Below, in pieces: positions 30,715-40,507 of a stretch of DNA of 64,000 nt. Position 1 is the stretch's first letter. Each line of letters starts with the position of its first letter. Source of the DNA: Syntrophales bacterium (GTDB taxonomy: Bacteria > Desulfobacterota > Syntrophia > Syntrophales > UBA6807); NCBI GenBank assembly GCA_040767195.1, contig JAXGPA010000001.1, forward strand, positions 384,001-448,000, given 5' to 3'. The notes below the pieces were generated by a model. That model was given only the letters and a program-made list of their open reading frames with translations. It ran no database searches and had not been told where the DNA came from. The translations under genes and the position numbers were made by a program.

Positions 30715-30738
30715 CCACAATAATCCACTTTGTTCCAC
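30715..30738 (-). promoter_or_regulatory. MraZ operator: three GTGG boxes at 10-nt period
   Basis: Minus strand GTGGAACAAA-GTGGATTATT-GTGG between the promoter and mraZ; matches the known MraZ box arrangement. Confidence 0.8.
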
Positions 30739-30747
30739 TTAAGAGGG

Positions 30748-30777
30748 ACTATAAAAGGGAAAAGAGGGCTTTGTCAA
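30748..30777 (-). promoter_or_regulatory. sigma70-type promoter of the dcw operon
   Basis: TTGACA-18 nt-TATAGT on minus strand. Confidence 0.7.
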
Positions 30778-30788
30778 GGAAAAATGTG

Positions 30789-31835
30789 CTATTTTTCTTT
30801 TCGAATCTGATATTTTATGACCGCTTCCCGGTGGTGGGACAAAGTGGTGGAAAAATGATGGGACCCGTCATTCCGGGCCACGAAATAGAGATAGGAAACC
30901 GGCGCGGGACGAAGAGCCGCCTCGATGGACGCCTCGCCGGGGTTGCAGATCGGCCCCGGGGGAAGGCCCTCGTGGACATAGGTGTTGTAAGGCATGTTCT
31001 GCCGGAGGTGGGATTTCTTGAGATTCCCGTCAAAATCCGTGAGGCCGTAGATGACCGTGGGATCGCTCTGAAGCCTCATGCCCCGCTTCAGGCGGTTGTG
31101 AAAGACCGCCGAGATGAGGGGTTTTTCCTCGGGGAGACTGGCCTCCTTCTCGATCATGGATGCCATGACGATGATTTCCTCAAAGGTGAGGCCCCTTTTT
31201 TCCGCTTCCTTGTCCCATTCGGGGCGCTGTCTTTTTCGAAACTCCCGGACCATGTAGCGGATGATCTCCTCTTCACCCATGGACCGGGTGAAAATGTACG
31301 TTTCGGGATAGAGGTAACCCTCAACGCTCCCGCCCTGAATGCCGAGGTCCTCGAGCAACACCGGATCCCGGCAGCGGGCGATGAATGTTTCATAATCCAC
31401 GAGACCCCACTGGGAAAGGCGCTCGGCTATCTGCCGGACCGTGAAACCCTCGGGAAAGGGCATCCGGTATCCCTTGATCTCCCCGCGAAGAAGCTTTGTC
31501 AGGAGGGCATCAGGGGAATCGCCCATGGAAATTTCGTATTCCCCCGCCCTGATGTGATTGGGGGCATTCCGAAAACGGGCCAGGACGTGAAAGAGGAAAT
31601 TTTTCTTCACAAGCCCTTTTTCCCGGAGAACCGTCACGGCGTCCCTGAAATGGGTGCCCCGGGGGATCTCGAAGACCACGGGCGACGCTCCCCCCTGGGG
31701 ATCGATGGGGCTTCGCCCGTAATCGAGCAGGACCGAATGGGCTGTCGCGACAAGGGACAGGGCCGCCATGAGGAGAAATAAAGCCACCATGACCCTCGGC
31801 AGGCCGGGACGGGAAGGTCCGGGACGGTCAGCCAT
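30789..31835 (-). CDS. mltG: Endolytic transglycosylase MltG
   Basis: PEG, EGYLYPETY, ASMIEKE, NRL..GMRLQSDPT, YNTY...GLPPGPICNPG, YLYFVA. Confidence 0.96.
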   Translation of the reverse strand: MADRPGPSRPGLPRVMVALFLLMAALSLVATAHSVLLDYGRSPIDPQGGASPVVFEIPRGTHFRDAVTVLREKGLVKKNFLFHVLARFRNAPNHIRAGEYEISMGDSPDALLTKLLRGEIKGYRMPFPEGFTVRQIAERLSQWGLVDYETFIARCRDPVLLEDLGIQGGSVEGYLYPETYIFTRSMGEEEIIRYMVREFRKRQRPEWDKEAEKRGLTFEEIIVMASMIEKEASLPEEKPLISAVFHNRLKRGMRLQSDPTVIYGLTDFDGNLKKSHLRQNMPYNTYVHEGLPPGPICNPGEASIEAALRPAPVSYLYFVARNDGSHHFSTTLSHHREAVIKYQIRKEK

Positions 31836-32256
31836 GACGAACCCTCCCGGGATGGTCGAGATAGCCCTGGAGAATCAGGGCCGCCGCCGTCCGGTCCACC
31901 ATCTTCCGCCTCTTTTTTCTGCCGATCCCGCCCTGCCGTAGGGTGTCCTCCGCTTCCTTCGTCGACAGGGTCTCGTCCCAGGGAACGACGGGAACGGAAA
32001 AAGCCGACCCCAGGGCCTTCATGAAAGCATCCACCTTTTCGCACTGGATGCCCCGGGTGCCGTCGAGCCGCAGGGGATACCCGACGACGATGCACCCGAC
32101 GCCGTACTCCCGGACATAGCGGCCGATTTCCTCCATGTCCCGGGCGGTCCCCCGGGAGGGTACCGTGGCAATCCCCCGGGCCAGCATCTCAAGCTCGTCG
32201 GAAACGGCCAGGCCGATCCGCTTCTCTCCGTAGTCGATTCCCAAGACTCTCATCAT
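31828..32256 (-). CDS. ruvX: YqgF/RuvX pre-16S rRNA nuclease
   Basis: LGIDYGEKRIGLAVSD, VVGYP, WDE.LST, D..AAALILQGYL. Confidence 0.94.
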   Translation of the reverse strand: MMRVLGIDYGEKRIGLAVSDELEMLARGIATVPSRGTARDMEEIGRYVREYGVGCIVVGYPLRLDGTRGIQCEKVDAFMKALGSAFSVPVVPWDETLSTKEAEDTLRQGGIGRKKRRKMVDRTAAALILQGYLDHPGRVRHG

Positions 32257-32560
32257 TCCGGCAGCGACGGTAAGAATAACGACGGCCCCTGAAAAACAAC
32301 CCGACGGGCCGTCCCAAAGACGCTCTTTTAACACACCCCGTCGCCAGGTCAAAGCAAATAAGTCCGATGGGCCGGCCCGGTCCCGTTGCCCCATTCTCTT
32401 TTTTCGCGGCGCCCGGACAGAACCCCGTGACCCCCTGCGGCGAAGCGCCAAAGCGGGACCCGGGGAATCCCCAGGAGCGTCCGAAAGGGGGTATTTTCAT
32501 TGTGTATTGCGGCCGTTTCTGATATCCAGGGGAAACGATCACGGCACAGGAACGAGATTC

Positions 32561-34489
32561 ATGAAACATATCATTCTCGGCACGGCGGGCCACGTGGACC
32601 ATGGAAAAACCTCGCTCATCAAGGCTCTCACGGGCATCGACACGGACCGCCTGAAAGAGGAAAAAGAGCGGGGCATCACCATCGAGCTCGGGTTTGCCAG
32701 GCTGACCCTCCCGGGGGGGCTCGTCATCGGCGTCGTGGATGTTCCCGGCCATGAAAGATTCGTGAAAAACATGGTCGCCGGGGCGGGGGGAATCGACCTC
32801 GTGGTCCTCGTCATCGCCGCCGACGAGGGCGTCATGCCCCAGACCCGGGAACACCTGGACATCTGCAGCCTCCTGGGAATCCGGACCGGCCTCGTGGCGG
32901 TCACCAAGTCCGATCTCGTGGACCGGGAGTGGATGGAGCTGGTCATCGAGGAAATCCGGGATTTCCTGAAGGAAACCTTCCTCGAGGAAAGCCCCATCAT
33001 CCCCCTGTCTTCGGTCACCGGACAGGGACTGCCGGAGCTCCTCGCGGCCCTGGAAAAAATCATCGCCCCCATGGAAGACCGCCCCGAATCGGGGTTTTTC
33101 AGGCTGCCCATCGACCGGGTCTTCACCATGCGGGGGTTTGGGACGGTGATCACGGGAACCCTGGTTTCGGGCAGCATCCGGGTCGGGGACGGCGTGGATC
33201 TCCTGCCCCAGAAAGTGCGGGCGAAGATACGGGGAATCCAGGTCCACAATGCCGCCGCCGACACCGCCTGGGCCGGCCAGAGAACGGCGGTCAATCTGCA
33301 GGGCATCGAGAAGGAGGCCGTGGAACGGGGAAATATTCTCGCCGCGCCGGACACGTTCGAGCCCTCGGTCATTCTCGACGTGGCCTTCCGGTACCTTTCC
33401 ACGGCGGGAAAGAAACTGAAAAATCGCACGGCCGTGCGCTTCCACATCGGAACCAGTGAAATCGTCTCCCGGATCGTGTTCCCGGACCGGCCGCACATCG
33501 AACCGGGAGAGGAAGCCTACGGCCAGATCCTCCTGGAGAAACCCACCGTGGCCGCCGGCGGCGACCGCTTTGTCCTGCGCAGCTACTCACCGGTCACCAC
33601 CATCGGGGGCGGCGTCATTCTCGATCCCCTGGCCCGGAGATGGAAAGCCCGGGACAGGGAAAGGCGCGACGAGTGGGGACGGCTCCATCAGGGGACGGCC
33701 CTGGAAAAAACAACGGTGATCCTGAAGAGGGCGGGGCTTTCGGGGACCCCCCGGGAACGCCTCGCTGTCCGGGCAGGACTTTCACCCGGGGAATTGAAAC
33801 GCCTTCTCGATCAGATCCTCTCACGGCGGGACGCCCTGCTCCTGGACGGCGACCCCCCGAAACTCTTTCACCGGGATGTCTACCGGGAGCTCCAGGAAGG
33901 CATCCTCACCGAGGCCGGGGCGTATCACAGAAACCAGCCGCTGAAAAAAGGCTGTCCCAAGGAGGAGTTGAGAATCCGCATCGGAACCGCCGTGGATGCC
34001 AAGCTCTTCAACCGGGCCCTCCGGGATCTCGAGGAAGGGGGAAAGATCGTGCTGGAACAGGACACGGTCCGGCTGCCTTCCTATGCCGTCTCGTTGTCCG
34101 ATGACCTTGAATCCTTGAGGGCGGCCATTGAAAGTCGATACCGGGAGGCGGCCCTCACGCCGCCCCTGACCCGGGAGGTCCTGGAACAGTTCAACGACGG
34201 CCGGGGAAGCGTAAACAAGCTTCTCGGCCTCCTGACCAAGGAGGGAATCCTGGTCAAAATCAGCGAGGACCTTTCATTCCACGGGGAGGCCATGAAAAAA
34301 CTGGCGGAGGATTACACGGCCCTTCTTCTTCGGGAAGGCAAGGCGACACCGGCCATGTTCCGCGACCTGACGAACCTCTCCCGGAAGTTCATCATCCCTC
34401 TCATGGAATACTTCGACAAGACGAAGCTCACCATGCGCGTGGGGGATCACCGGATCCTCCGGGCCCGGAAGGAGGACGGCAATGGATAG
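32561..34489 (+). CDS. selB: Selenocysteine-specific elongation factor
   Basis: [45 protein letters not shown]-terminal winged-helix [17 protein letters not shown]. Confidence 0.97.
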   Translation: MKHIILGTAGHVDHGKTSLIKALTGIDTDRLKEEKERGITIELGFARLTLPGGLVIGVVDVPGHERFVKNMVAGAGGIDLVVLVIAADEGVMPQTREHLDICSLLGIRTGLVAVTKSDLVDREWMELVIEEIRDFLKETFLEESPIIPLSSVTGQGLPELLAALEKIIAPMEDRPESGFFRLPIDRVFTMRGFGTVITGTLVSGSIRVGDGVDLLPQKVRAKIRGIQVHNAAADTAWAGQRTAVNLQGIEKEAVERGNILAAPDTFEPSVILDVAFRYLSTAGKKLKNRTAVRFHIGTSEIVSRIVFPDRPHIEPGEEAYGQILLEKPTVAAGGDRFVLRSYSPVTTIGGGVILDPLARRWKARDRERRDEWGRLHQGTALEKTTVILKRAGLSGTPRERLAVRAGLSPGELKRLLDQILSRRDALLLDGDPPKLFHRDVYRELQEGILTEAGAYHRNQPLKKGCPKEELRIRIGTAVDAKLFNRALRDLEEGGKIVLEQDTVRLPSYAVSLSDDLESLRAAIESRYREAALTPPLTREVLEQFNDGRGSVNKLLGLLTKEGILVKISEDLSFHGEAMKKLAEDYTALLLREGKATPAMFRDLTNLSRKFIIPLMEYFDKTKLTMRVGDHRILRARKEDGNG

Positions 34490-35249
34490 GGGAAATGTTT
34501 CCGTGGTGGAAAGAAAAATCCGTTTTTACAACGGGTCCAGGCTCATGGAACGATCCGTTTCCGTCATCCAGGAATCTTTTCTGAACGTTTTTCTGAACGA
34601 ACGGGCCATCGCCCGGATCGCCTGCCTGGGGGTTCACCCGGAAGAGCTGGCCGTGGGCTTCCTGCGCTCCGAGGGGCTCTTGAGGAGCCGGGAGGATCTC
34701 CGCGCCATCCGGGCCGCCAGGGGCGAGGTCCGGATCGAGGCCGCCGAAACGGAACGGGAGAAGGAGCAGGAACCGGCGACCCTTCTTTCCAGCGGTTCCC
34801 GGGAGAGAGGGACGGCCGTGCCGAAACCGATTCCCCCGGCCTCCCTCCCCTTTTCGCCGGCGGACATTCTCCGTCTCATGGAGGAACATCTCGAGTCCAC
34901 GGCGCTCCATGCCCAGACCCGAGGAACTCACGGCTCGTCCCTGGCTGACGAGAGGGGCCTTTTTCTTTCCCGCGAGGACGTGGGCAGGCACAACACCATC
35001 GACATGATCGGCGGGCATCTCCTTCTCCGGAAGATGGACGGCGCGGGAAAAATCCTCTTCACCACGGGCCGTCTCTCCTCCGAGATGGTCCGGAAAGTCT
35101 GGAACCTGGGGATCCCCCTTCTCGCCTCCCATGCCGCCGCCACATCCCAGGGGATCGAAATGGCCCGCCAGGGGGGGATCACGCTCATGGGCTGCGTCCG
35201 GAGCGGCACCATGAAAATATACACCCATCATGAAAGGATTTCCTATTGA
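34482..35249 (+). CDS. fdhD: FdhD-family formate dehydrogenase accessory protein (atypical, Cys-loop absent)
   Basis: ELAVGFL.SEG, TRGTH, EDVGRHNTIDMIGG, TGRLSSEMVRK, A.TS.GIE.A...GITL.G.VR....IY. Confidence 0.88.
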   Translation: MDRGNVSVVERKIRFYNGSRLMERSVSVIQESFLNVFLNERAIARIACLGVHPEELAVGFLRSEGLLRSREDLRAIRAARGEVRIEAAETEREKEQEPATLLSSGSRERGTAVPKPIPPASLPFSPADILRLMEEHLESTALHAQTRGTHGSSLADERGLFLSREDVGRHNTIDMIGGHLLLRKMDGAGKILFTTGRLSSEMVRKVWNLGIPLLASHAAATSQGIEMARQGGITLMGCVRSGTMKIYTHHERISY

Positions 35250-36208
35250 GTTACAAGAACATTTACGTCCAGAATATCCAGCCGGCCAACAGGATCGAGG
35301 AGACTTTCCTCGTCACGGAAAAAAACCTGGTCCTTTCCCAGAAAGGAAGCCTCTACCTGAGCCTTCGGCTCCGGGACAAGACGGGGGAAGTCGAGGGAAG
35401 GGTCTGGGAACGGGCGGCGGAAATCAGCCGCACTTTCCAGAAAGGAGACGTCGTTCTCGTCCGTGGACGGGCCGTCCGGTACCGGGACGCAATACAACTC
35501 AGCATCGCGGACATGGAGAAACCCGATCCGGCGGACGTTGACATGACCGATTACGTCTCCGCCTCGCGGTGGAACGTGGACGACATGTTCAAAAGCCTCG
35601 TGGAAATTGCGGCAACCGTGGAAGACCCCTTTCTGAAACAGCTCCTGGACGGCATTCTCGCCGACGACGAGATCGCCGGGCTCCTGAAAAAGGCCCCCGC
35701 CGCCAAGGGAATGCACCACTTCTACCTGGGCGGGCTCCTGGAACACACCCTGTCCATGACCCGGATCCTGAACCACCTGTCGGAACACTACGACGGGGTG
35801 AACCGGGACCTTCTCATCACCGGGGGGATTCTCCACGACATCGGAAAGATCTACGAGCTGTCCTCGGAAGGCATGATCGAGTACACCGACGAGGGGCGTC
35901 TCATCGGCCACATCGTCCTGGGCCTGGAACTGGTGAACCGGAAAATGTCCCTCATCCCCGGCTTCCCCGACCACCTGGCCATGGAACTCCGCCACATTCT
36001 CATCAGCCACCACGGCGCCGTCGAATACGGTTCCCCGAAGAGGCCGAAAACCCTGGAGTCCCTCATGGTTTACTTCGCCGACGACCTGGACGCCAAGGTG
36101 AACGCCTTCCAGGAATCCATCAGCGGCGCCGGCGAAGACGAATCGAGCTGGACCCCCTATCACCGCCTGTTCGACCGGTATATCTACAAGGGGCCTAAGC
36201 CGAAGTAG
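35246..36208 (+). CDS. yhaM: YhaM-like OB-fold + HD-domain 3'-5' exoribonuclease
   Basis: YL.L.L.DKTG OB fold; PAAKGMHH...GGLLEH, LHDIGK, G.LIGHI, HIL.SHHG..EYGSP, D.LDAK. Confidence 0.88.
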   Translation: MSYKNIYVQNIQPANRIEETFLVTEKNLVLSQKGSLYLSLRLRDKTGEVEGRVWERAAEISRTFQKGDVVLVRGRAVRYRDAIQLSIADMEKPDPADVDMTDYVSASRWNVDDMFKSLVEIAATVEDPFLKQLLDGILADDEIAGLLKKAPAAKGMHHFYLGGLLEHTLSMTRILNHLSEHYDGVNRDLLITGGILHDIGKIYELSSEGMIEYTDEGRLIGHIVLGLELVNRKMSLIPGFPDHLAMELRHILISHHGAVEYGSPKRPKTLESLMVYFADDLDAKVNAFQESISGAGEDESSWTPYHRLFDRYIYKGPKPK

Positions 36209-36905
36209 GCGGCCTCACCGGCCGTTCGCCGAAGAGGGCCCGCCCCACGCGGACGATGGTGGCGCCCTCCTCCACGGCCACTTCGTAGTCCTGGGTCATG
36301 CCCATGGAAAGCTCTTCCATGGAAACCCCCGGGATCCCCGACTCCCGTACCCGTTCCCCCATTTCCCGGAGAGCCCGGAAAAACGGCCTGGCCTCCTCCG
36401 GGTCGTCGAACCAGGGCGGCATGGTCATGAGCCCCCTTACGGAGAGATGCTTCATGGCAGCCACCTCCCGGACCAGGGCCAGGGCGTCTTCCGGTAAAAC
36501 GCCGCCTTTCGTCTCCTCGCCGCCGAGGCTCACCTGGATGAGAACGGGCGTCACCACGCCGGCACGGTCCGAGCGCCTGTCCAGTTCCGCCGCCAGGCCG
36601 GACCGATCCACCGAGTGGATGAGATCGAACAGGCGGACGGCGTAACGGGCCTTGTTGGACTGGAGATGGCCGATGAAGTGCCATTCCACCTTTCTTCCCA
36701 GGATTTCGATCTTTCGTTTCGCCTCCTGGACGTAGTTCTCCCCCAGGATGTCCACGCCCGCCGCGAGGGCCTCCCCGATCCGGCTGTCATCCACCGTTTT
36801 CGTTACCGCCATGAGCCGGACGCCCGAGGGGTCCCTTCCCCGCCTCAGGGCCGCCTCGGCGATCCGTTCGCGGATCCGCGCGACGTTGTCACCTACCGAT
36901 TTCAT
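36195..36905 (-). CDS. yggS: PLP homeostasis protein YggS/PLPBP
   Basis: AVTK, GENYVQE, WHFIGHLQSNK, GLMTMP, LSMGMT.D...AVEEGATIVRVG. Confidence 0.96.
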   Translation of the reverse strand: MKSVGDNVARIRERIAEAALRRGRDPSGVRLMAVTKTVDDSRIGEALAAGVDILGENYVQEAKRKIEILGRKVEWHFIGHLQSNKARYAVRLFDLIHSVDRSGLAAELDRRSDRAGVVTPVLIQVSLGGEETKGGVLPEDALALVREVAAMKHLSVRGLMTMPPWFDDPEEARPFFRALREMGERVRESGIPGVSMEELSMGMTQDYEVAVEEGATIVRVGRALFGERPVRPPTSA

Positions 36906-37500
36906 TGTCACCTCCCTGAAAAAAACGGACCGCCCCCACCGCCTTCAGGGCCGAAACGACTTCGCACAGGGGAAGGCCCACCACGTTCGTGTAGGATCCG
37001 TGTATCTCCTCGATGAAGGCCGCCGCCAGCCCCTGGACGGCGTACCCCCCGGCCTTGTCGTAAGGCTCGGGGGTCCTCGCGTACCAAGCCATTTCATCGG
37101 CCGCCATGTCCCGGAAGACCACCCGGGAGGTCACGGCCCGGGAGGCCGCCGGCGGTTCCCCGTCCCGGATCAGGGCAAATCCCGTGATCACCTCGTGGGC
37201 CCTTCCGGCGAGCTTCCGGAGCATGTCCCGGGCTTCCCCGGGCGTTTCGGGCTTTCCCAGGATCTCACCGCCGGCGACAACCACCGTGTCGGCGCCGAGG
37301 ACCCACATCCCGGGGTGCCGGCGGGCGACGAAACGGCTCTTTTCCAGGGAAAGGCGGAGCACATGGTCCCGGGGGGTTTCTCCCGTCAAAAAGTTTTCGG
37401 GAAGATAACTGGGGTAAACGGTGAAGGAAAACCCCAGGTCTTCCAGGAGGGCCTTCCGCCGGGGGGACGCCGAGGCCAGGATGAATGAAGGATCCGTCAT
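36889..37500 (-). CDS. maf: Maf-family nucleotide pyrophosphatase (YhdE-type)
   Basis: ILASASPRR, GADTVV, ILGKP, EPYDKAGGY.VQG, GSYTNVVGLP. Confidence 0.95.
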   Translation of the reverse strand: MTDPSFILASASPRRKALLEDLGFSFTVYPSYLPENFLTGETPRDHVLRLSLEKSRFVARRHPGMWVLGADTVVVAGGEILGKPETPGEARDMLRKLAGRAHEVITGFALIRDGEPPAASRAVTSRVVFRDMAADEMAWYARTPEPYDKAGGYAVQGLAAAFIEEIHGSYTNVVGLPLCEVVSALKAVGAVRFFQGGDNEIGR

Positions 37501-37505
37501 GGCGT

Positions 37506-38309
37506 TCAATCTCCCCCCTCTAAAGAAAAGGCCATCCCATCCTCCGCCAGGGTGAGGGGCCCCGGCCAGGTCTTTCGGCACTGGGCAGCCAGGTCCGCCC
37601 CGTCGCACTCCGGGTAGAAATGGGTGAGAACAAGGCGTTTCACATCGGCCTCCCGGGCGATCCGTCCCGCTTCGGACGGCGTGAGATGACCGGCGATGCC
37701 CTGTCCGTCGGGCGTGGAGGCCTCGCAGATCAGGATATCCGCCTTTCCGGCCAGCCGGACGGCGTTGGCGCAGTAGGCCGTGTCCCCGGTCACGACGAGG
37801 GACCGGCATTCCGCCGTCTCCAGCCGGAACCCGACGCTGCTTTCCGTGTGCTCCAGGGGCAGCGTCCGGATTTCGAGCGAACCGACGGGACAGGACCCCC
37901 ACCCCGGCCCGTCGAACTCGAGGATCGCCACGCTTCCCGTTTTCTGCTCGATCGAGGAGCCGTAGAGGCGGAAAAGCCCCCCCATGAATTCCCGCATCCC
38001 CGGGCCGCCGCCCACGGTGAGGGTCCGGCTGGCGGTGTCGAAGCCCGGGTATTTCCGGGCGAAGAGGAAGGCCGCCAGTTCCCCCGAGTGGTCGAGATGG
38101 CGGTGGGTGAGGAACACATGGGTCACCCGGTCCACCGTCACCCCCGCCTTGAGGAGACGCCCCATCGTTCCGGGGCCCATGTCGAAGAGGATGACCGCCT
38201 GTCCCGCCGTGACGAGGAGGCCGGGAGCCCCCCGGGACAGGGAGGGAACGGCCGTGCCCGACCCCAGGACAACGGCCCTTGGAACCGCCGGACCGGTCGT
38301 GCCGGTCAT
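37506..38309 (-). CDS. Metallo-beta-lactamase fold hydrolase, RNase Z-like
   Basis: LGSG, FDMGPG, THRHLDH (HxHxDH), GDT, ICEA, GHLT, LTHFYP. Confidence 0.88.
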   Translation of the reverse strand: MTGTTGPAVPRAVVLGSGTAVPSLSRGAPGLLVTAGQAVILFDMGPGTMGRLLKAGVTVDRVTHVFLTHRHLDHSGELAAFLFARKYPGFDTASRTLTVGGGPGMREFMGGLFRLYGSSIEQKTGSVAILEFDGPGWGSCPVGSLEIRTLPLEHTESSVGFRLETAECRSLVVTGDTAYCANAVRLAGKADILICEASTPDGQGIAGHLTPSEAGRIAREADVKRLVLTHFYPECDGADLAAQCRKTWPGPLTLAEDGMAFSLEGGD

Positions 38310-38707
38310 TTTCCGCCGGGAAAGACGTTCACCAGGACCCGCCGCGTCCTGGGACCGTCGAACTCGCAGAAGAAAAGGGACTGCCAGGTCCCGAGGACGA
38401 GATCGCCCCCTTCCACGAAAACGGATTGGGACGTCCCGAAAAGGGAGGCCTTGACGTGGGCGGCGGCGTTGCCTTCCCGGTGACGGTAAGGGCCGTTCCA
38501 GGGAACGATCTTTTCCAGGGCGTCGAGGATGTCCCGGGGAACGTCGGGATCGGCGTTTTCATTGATTGTCACGGCGGCGGTGGTGTGGGGGACGAAGACG
38601 CGGCAGATCCCCTGCCGGACCCCGCTTTCCCGGACAATCCGCCTCACGGCGGCGGTGATGTCGACCATCTCGCTTCGGCCGCTCGTCTGGAGAGATAGAG
38701 ATTCCAT
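38306..38707 (-). CDS. yjbQ: YjbQ/UPF0047 family protein
   Basis: HTTAAVTINENADPDV, H.EGN.AAH.K, LGTWQ..FF.EFDGPR.R. Confidence 0.93.
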   Translation of the reverse strand: MESLSLQTSGRSEMVDITAAVRRIVRESGVRQGICRVFVPHTTAAVTINENADPDVPRDILDALEKIVPWNGPYRHREGNAAAHVKASLFGTSQSVFVEGGDLVLGTWQSLFFCEFDGPRTRRVLVNVFPGGK

Positions 38708-38774
38708 GATCGCCTCGATTTGTTCTCCTGTTCCGCTCCTGCCGGATGGTCCGGCCGATGAAACGGTTCGTCTC

Positions 38775-38803
38775 ACTATAATGAAAGAAACAGGATTTTT
38801 CAA
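38775..38803 (-). promoter_or_regulatory. sigma70-type promoter for yjbQ-MBL-maf-yggS
   Basis: TTGAAA-17 nt-TATAGT on minus strand. Confidence 0.6.
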
Positions 38804-38853
38804 CGGCCCGCCGGGAGGCTCTCGCTTTCGGCGTCGGAAGAAACCCCCTCCGC

Positions 38854-39498
38854 TCACGGCGCCTCGACGCTGATGGCGATCATTTCAGTGATGCGAAAAA
38901 CCACCTGTTCGCCGATTTTACCCTTGCTGAGATCCACGTCGCTGCGGACCGGAAAGGTCTTAGCGGTTCCGTCCTCGAACTTCAGGGTTGCCGTGTGTTT
39001 CTCCAGATCAATCGCCATGACGGTACCGGTGATCTGCCTGGTTTCGGCAAACAATCCGCCCGGCCGGGCGCCCTCCGGGGCCAAAGCCACCAATCCCGCC
39101 GACCCGTCACCGGAGGAGCCGTCTTCCCCGTTCATATAAATGACAAGCTCTTCGGTCACTGTGAAATTAACCAGGTCTCCTGCACGGATTTGGTCGAAGT
39201 TGACCGCTTCGGGGCCGACTTTAACAGGGAAGGCCTTTCCGCCGGCATCCACGAGAATCACTTTGCGATTGACCTTGTCAATGGCCTTGACCCGGGCGGT
39301 CACGGACAGGGTGTTAACGATGACCCCGCCCGGTACGCCTTCAACATAGGCGACCGTGCCGGTTTCCTCGGCAGGCGGCGGTGCCGGGACGGACGCGCAG
39401 GAGACGAGGGTGAGCAACCCCGTCAACAGGGCGATCACGGCCAGGGTGCTCTTGGAAATCTTACATTGCATGACACAACCTTCGCTTCTCATGTTCAT
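38854..39498 (-). CDS. Putative lipoprotein with two OB-fold-like repeats
   Basis: GGAGG RBS; lipobox LVSC; internal repeat (V.AID....V.L....G....V...GD.V). Confidence 0.75.
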   Translation of the reverse strand: MNMRSEGCVMQCKISKSTLAVIALLTGLLTLVSCASVPAPPPAEETGTVAYVEGVPGGVIVNTLSVTARVKAIDKVNRKVILVDAGGKAFPVKVGPEAVNFDQIRAGDLVNFTVTEELVIYMNGEDGSSGDGSAGLVALAPEGARPGGLFAETRQITGTVMAIDLEKHTATLKFEDGTAKTFPVRSDVDLSKGKIGEQVVFRITEMIAISVEAP

Positions 39499-39694
39499 AT
39501 TCCTCCCTGTTTATTTCAAGAACGTTTATTCTGATCGATTCGATTTAAAATTCAAAAAAGCTGCCAGTCAAGGAAAATTCGGGCACAATCACCGGCTGTC
39601 ACGATCGATCAGAAAAAAAAGACTCCCGGTATTCGCCCGTGGCAAGTGAACCTGTCGTGCTTCCCTCCAGGGAGCACGTACCCTGTTTTTGAGG

Positions 39695-40372
39695 CTACTT
39701 CACGATGCCTCTCTCATGATCGATGAAGGACACCGTTTTCTCCGCCCAGAACTTGAAGGCCTCGCTCGCCGCCCCCCACTTGGAAAATCTCGACTCGAAG
39801 GCCGCCTTTTGCCTGTCCACGGCAAGGGCGAGGATTTCCCCGCTCAGGCTGTCCAGGGCCATGAGTTCCATACCTGTTTCACCGCTCCCGGACCAGCCGC
39901 CGGTTGTGCCTTTCTTTATGAGACTGATGCCGAGCCCGATGGGAACGATCGTCGTTATGGCGCTCATGCCCGGGTTGCTCGGCTCGATGTTCGTGATGGC
40001 GATACGGATCCTTGCCACTCCGGGAGCGGGTTCCGCGACAATAGGGTATTTATCCCTGAAAGCTGCAGCCATTTCCTCGTTGAACCGGTCGGCCATTTCC
40101 TTCATCTCCTGGGGATCGATGCCCTTGTATTGCGCCTTGTCCGCAAAAAAGAAGATGACGCTGTCAACCATGAACTTGTCATATTTTTTTGGATCCACCC
40201 CGTCCTTCACCCAGCGCAGTTTCACACCCCCATCGGGACCCGGAACCAGCCGGCCGTAGACAGACGGGTCACCAAGAAACCCCGAAAATTGACCATCCCC
40301 GGCCGCCGCCACGGATGCCGCGATGGCAACGCCGATGACCGCCGACAGTATCATTCGAACCGTTCTTTTCAT
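39695..40372 (-). CDS. Exported DUF3313-like protein
   Basis: Signal peptide; FSGFLGD, KYDKFMVD.V, RIRIAITNI, E....DS.SGE.LA..VD, F..WA pattern. Confidence 0.75.
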   Translation of the reverse strand: MKRTVRMILSAVIGVAIAASVAAAGDGQFSGFLGDPSVYGRLVPGPDGGVKLRWVKDGVDPKKYDKFMVDSVIFFFADKAQYKGIDPQEMKEMADRFNEEMAAAFRDKYPIVAEPAPGVARIRIAITNIEPSNPGMSAITTIVPIGLGISLIKKGTTGGWSGSGETGMELMALDSLSGEILALAVDRQKAAFESRFSKWGAASEAFKFWAEKTVSFIDHERGIVK

Positions 40373-40507
40373 CGTCTTTTCTCCCTTTTCAAAGATATTT
40401 CGTCATCGAGGCCTTCACGGGGCCCATGGCCGCGGTCGACCCTCTTTTCGCTTCCTTCTCCCGTATTTTCGGATCGAACCGGGGCACAGACGGGAAAACG
40501 GTCTTTT

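Noticed and set aside
32257..32560. tRNA-Sec or SECIS-like element upstream of selB
   Set aside because: No cloverleaf, TCA anticodon arm or T-loop found; only short GC hairpins.
36195..36208. 14-nt convergent overlaps (yhaM/yggS; also rsmI/hypothetical at 61076-61089)
   Set aside because: Short 3' overlaps are common in compact genomes and imply nothing specific.
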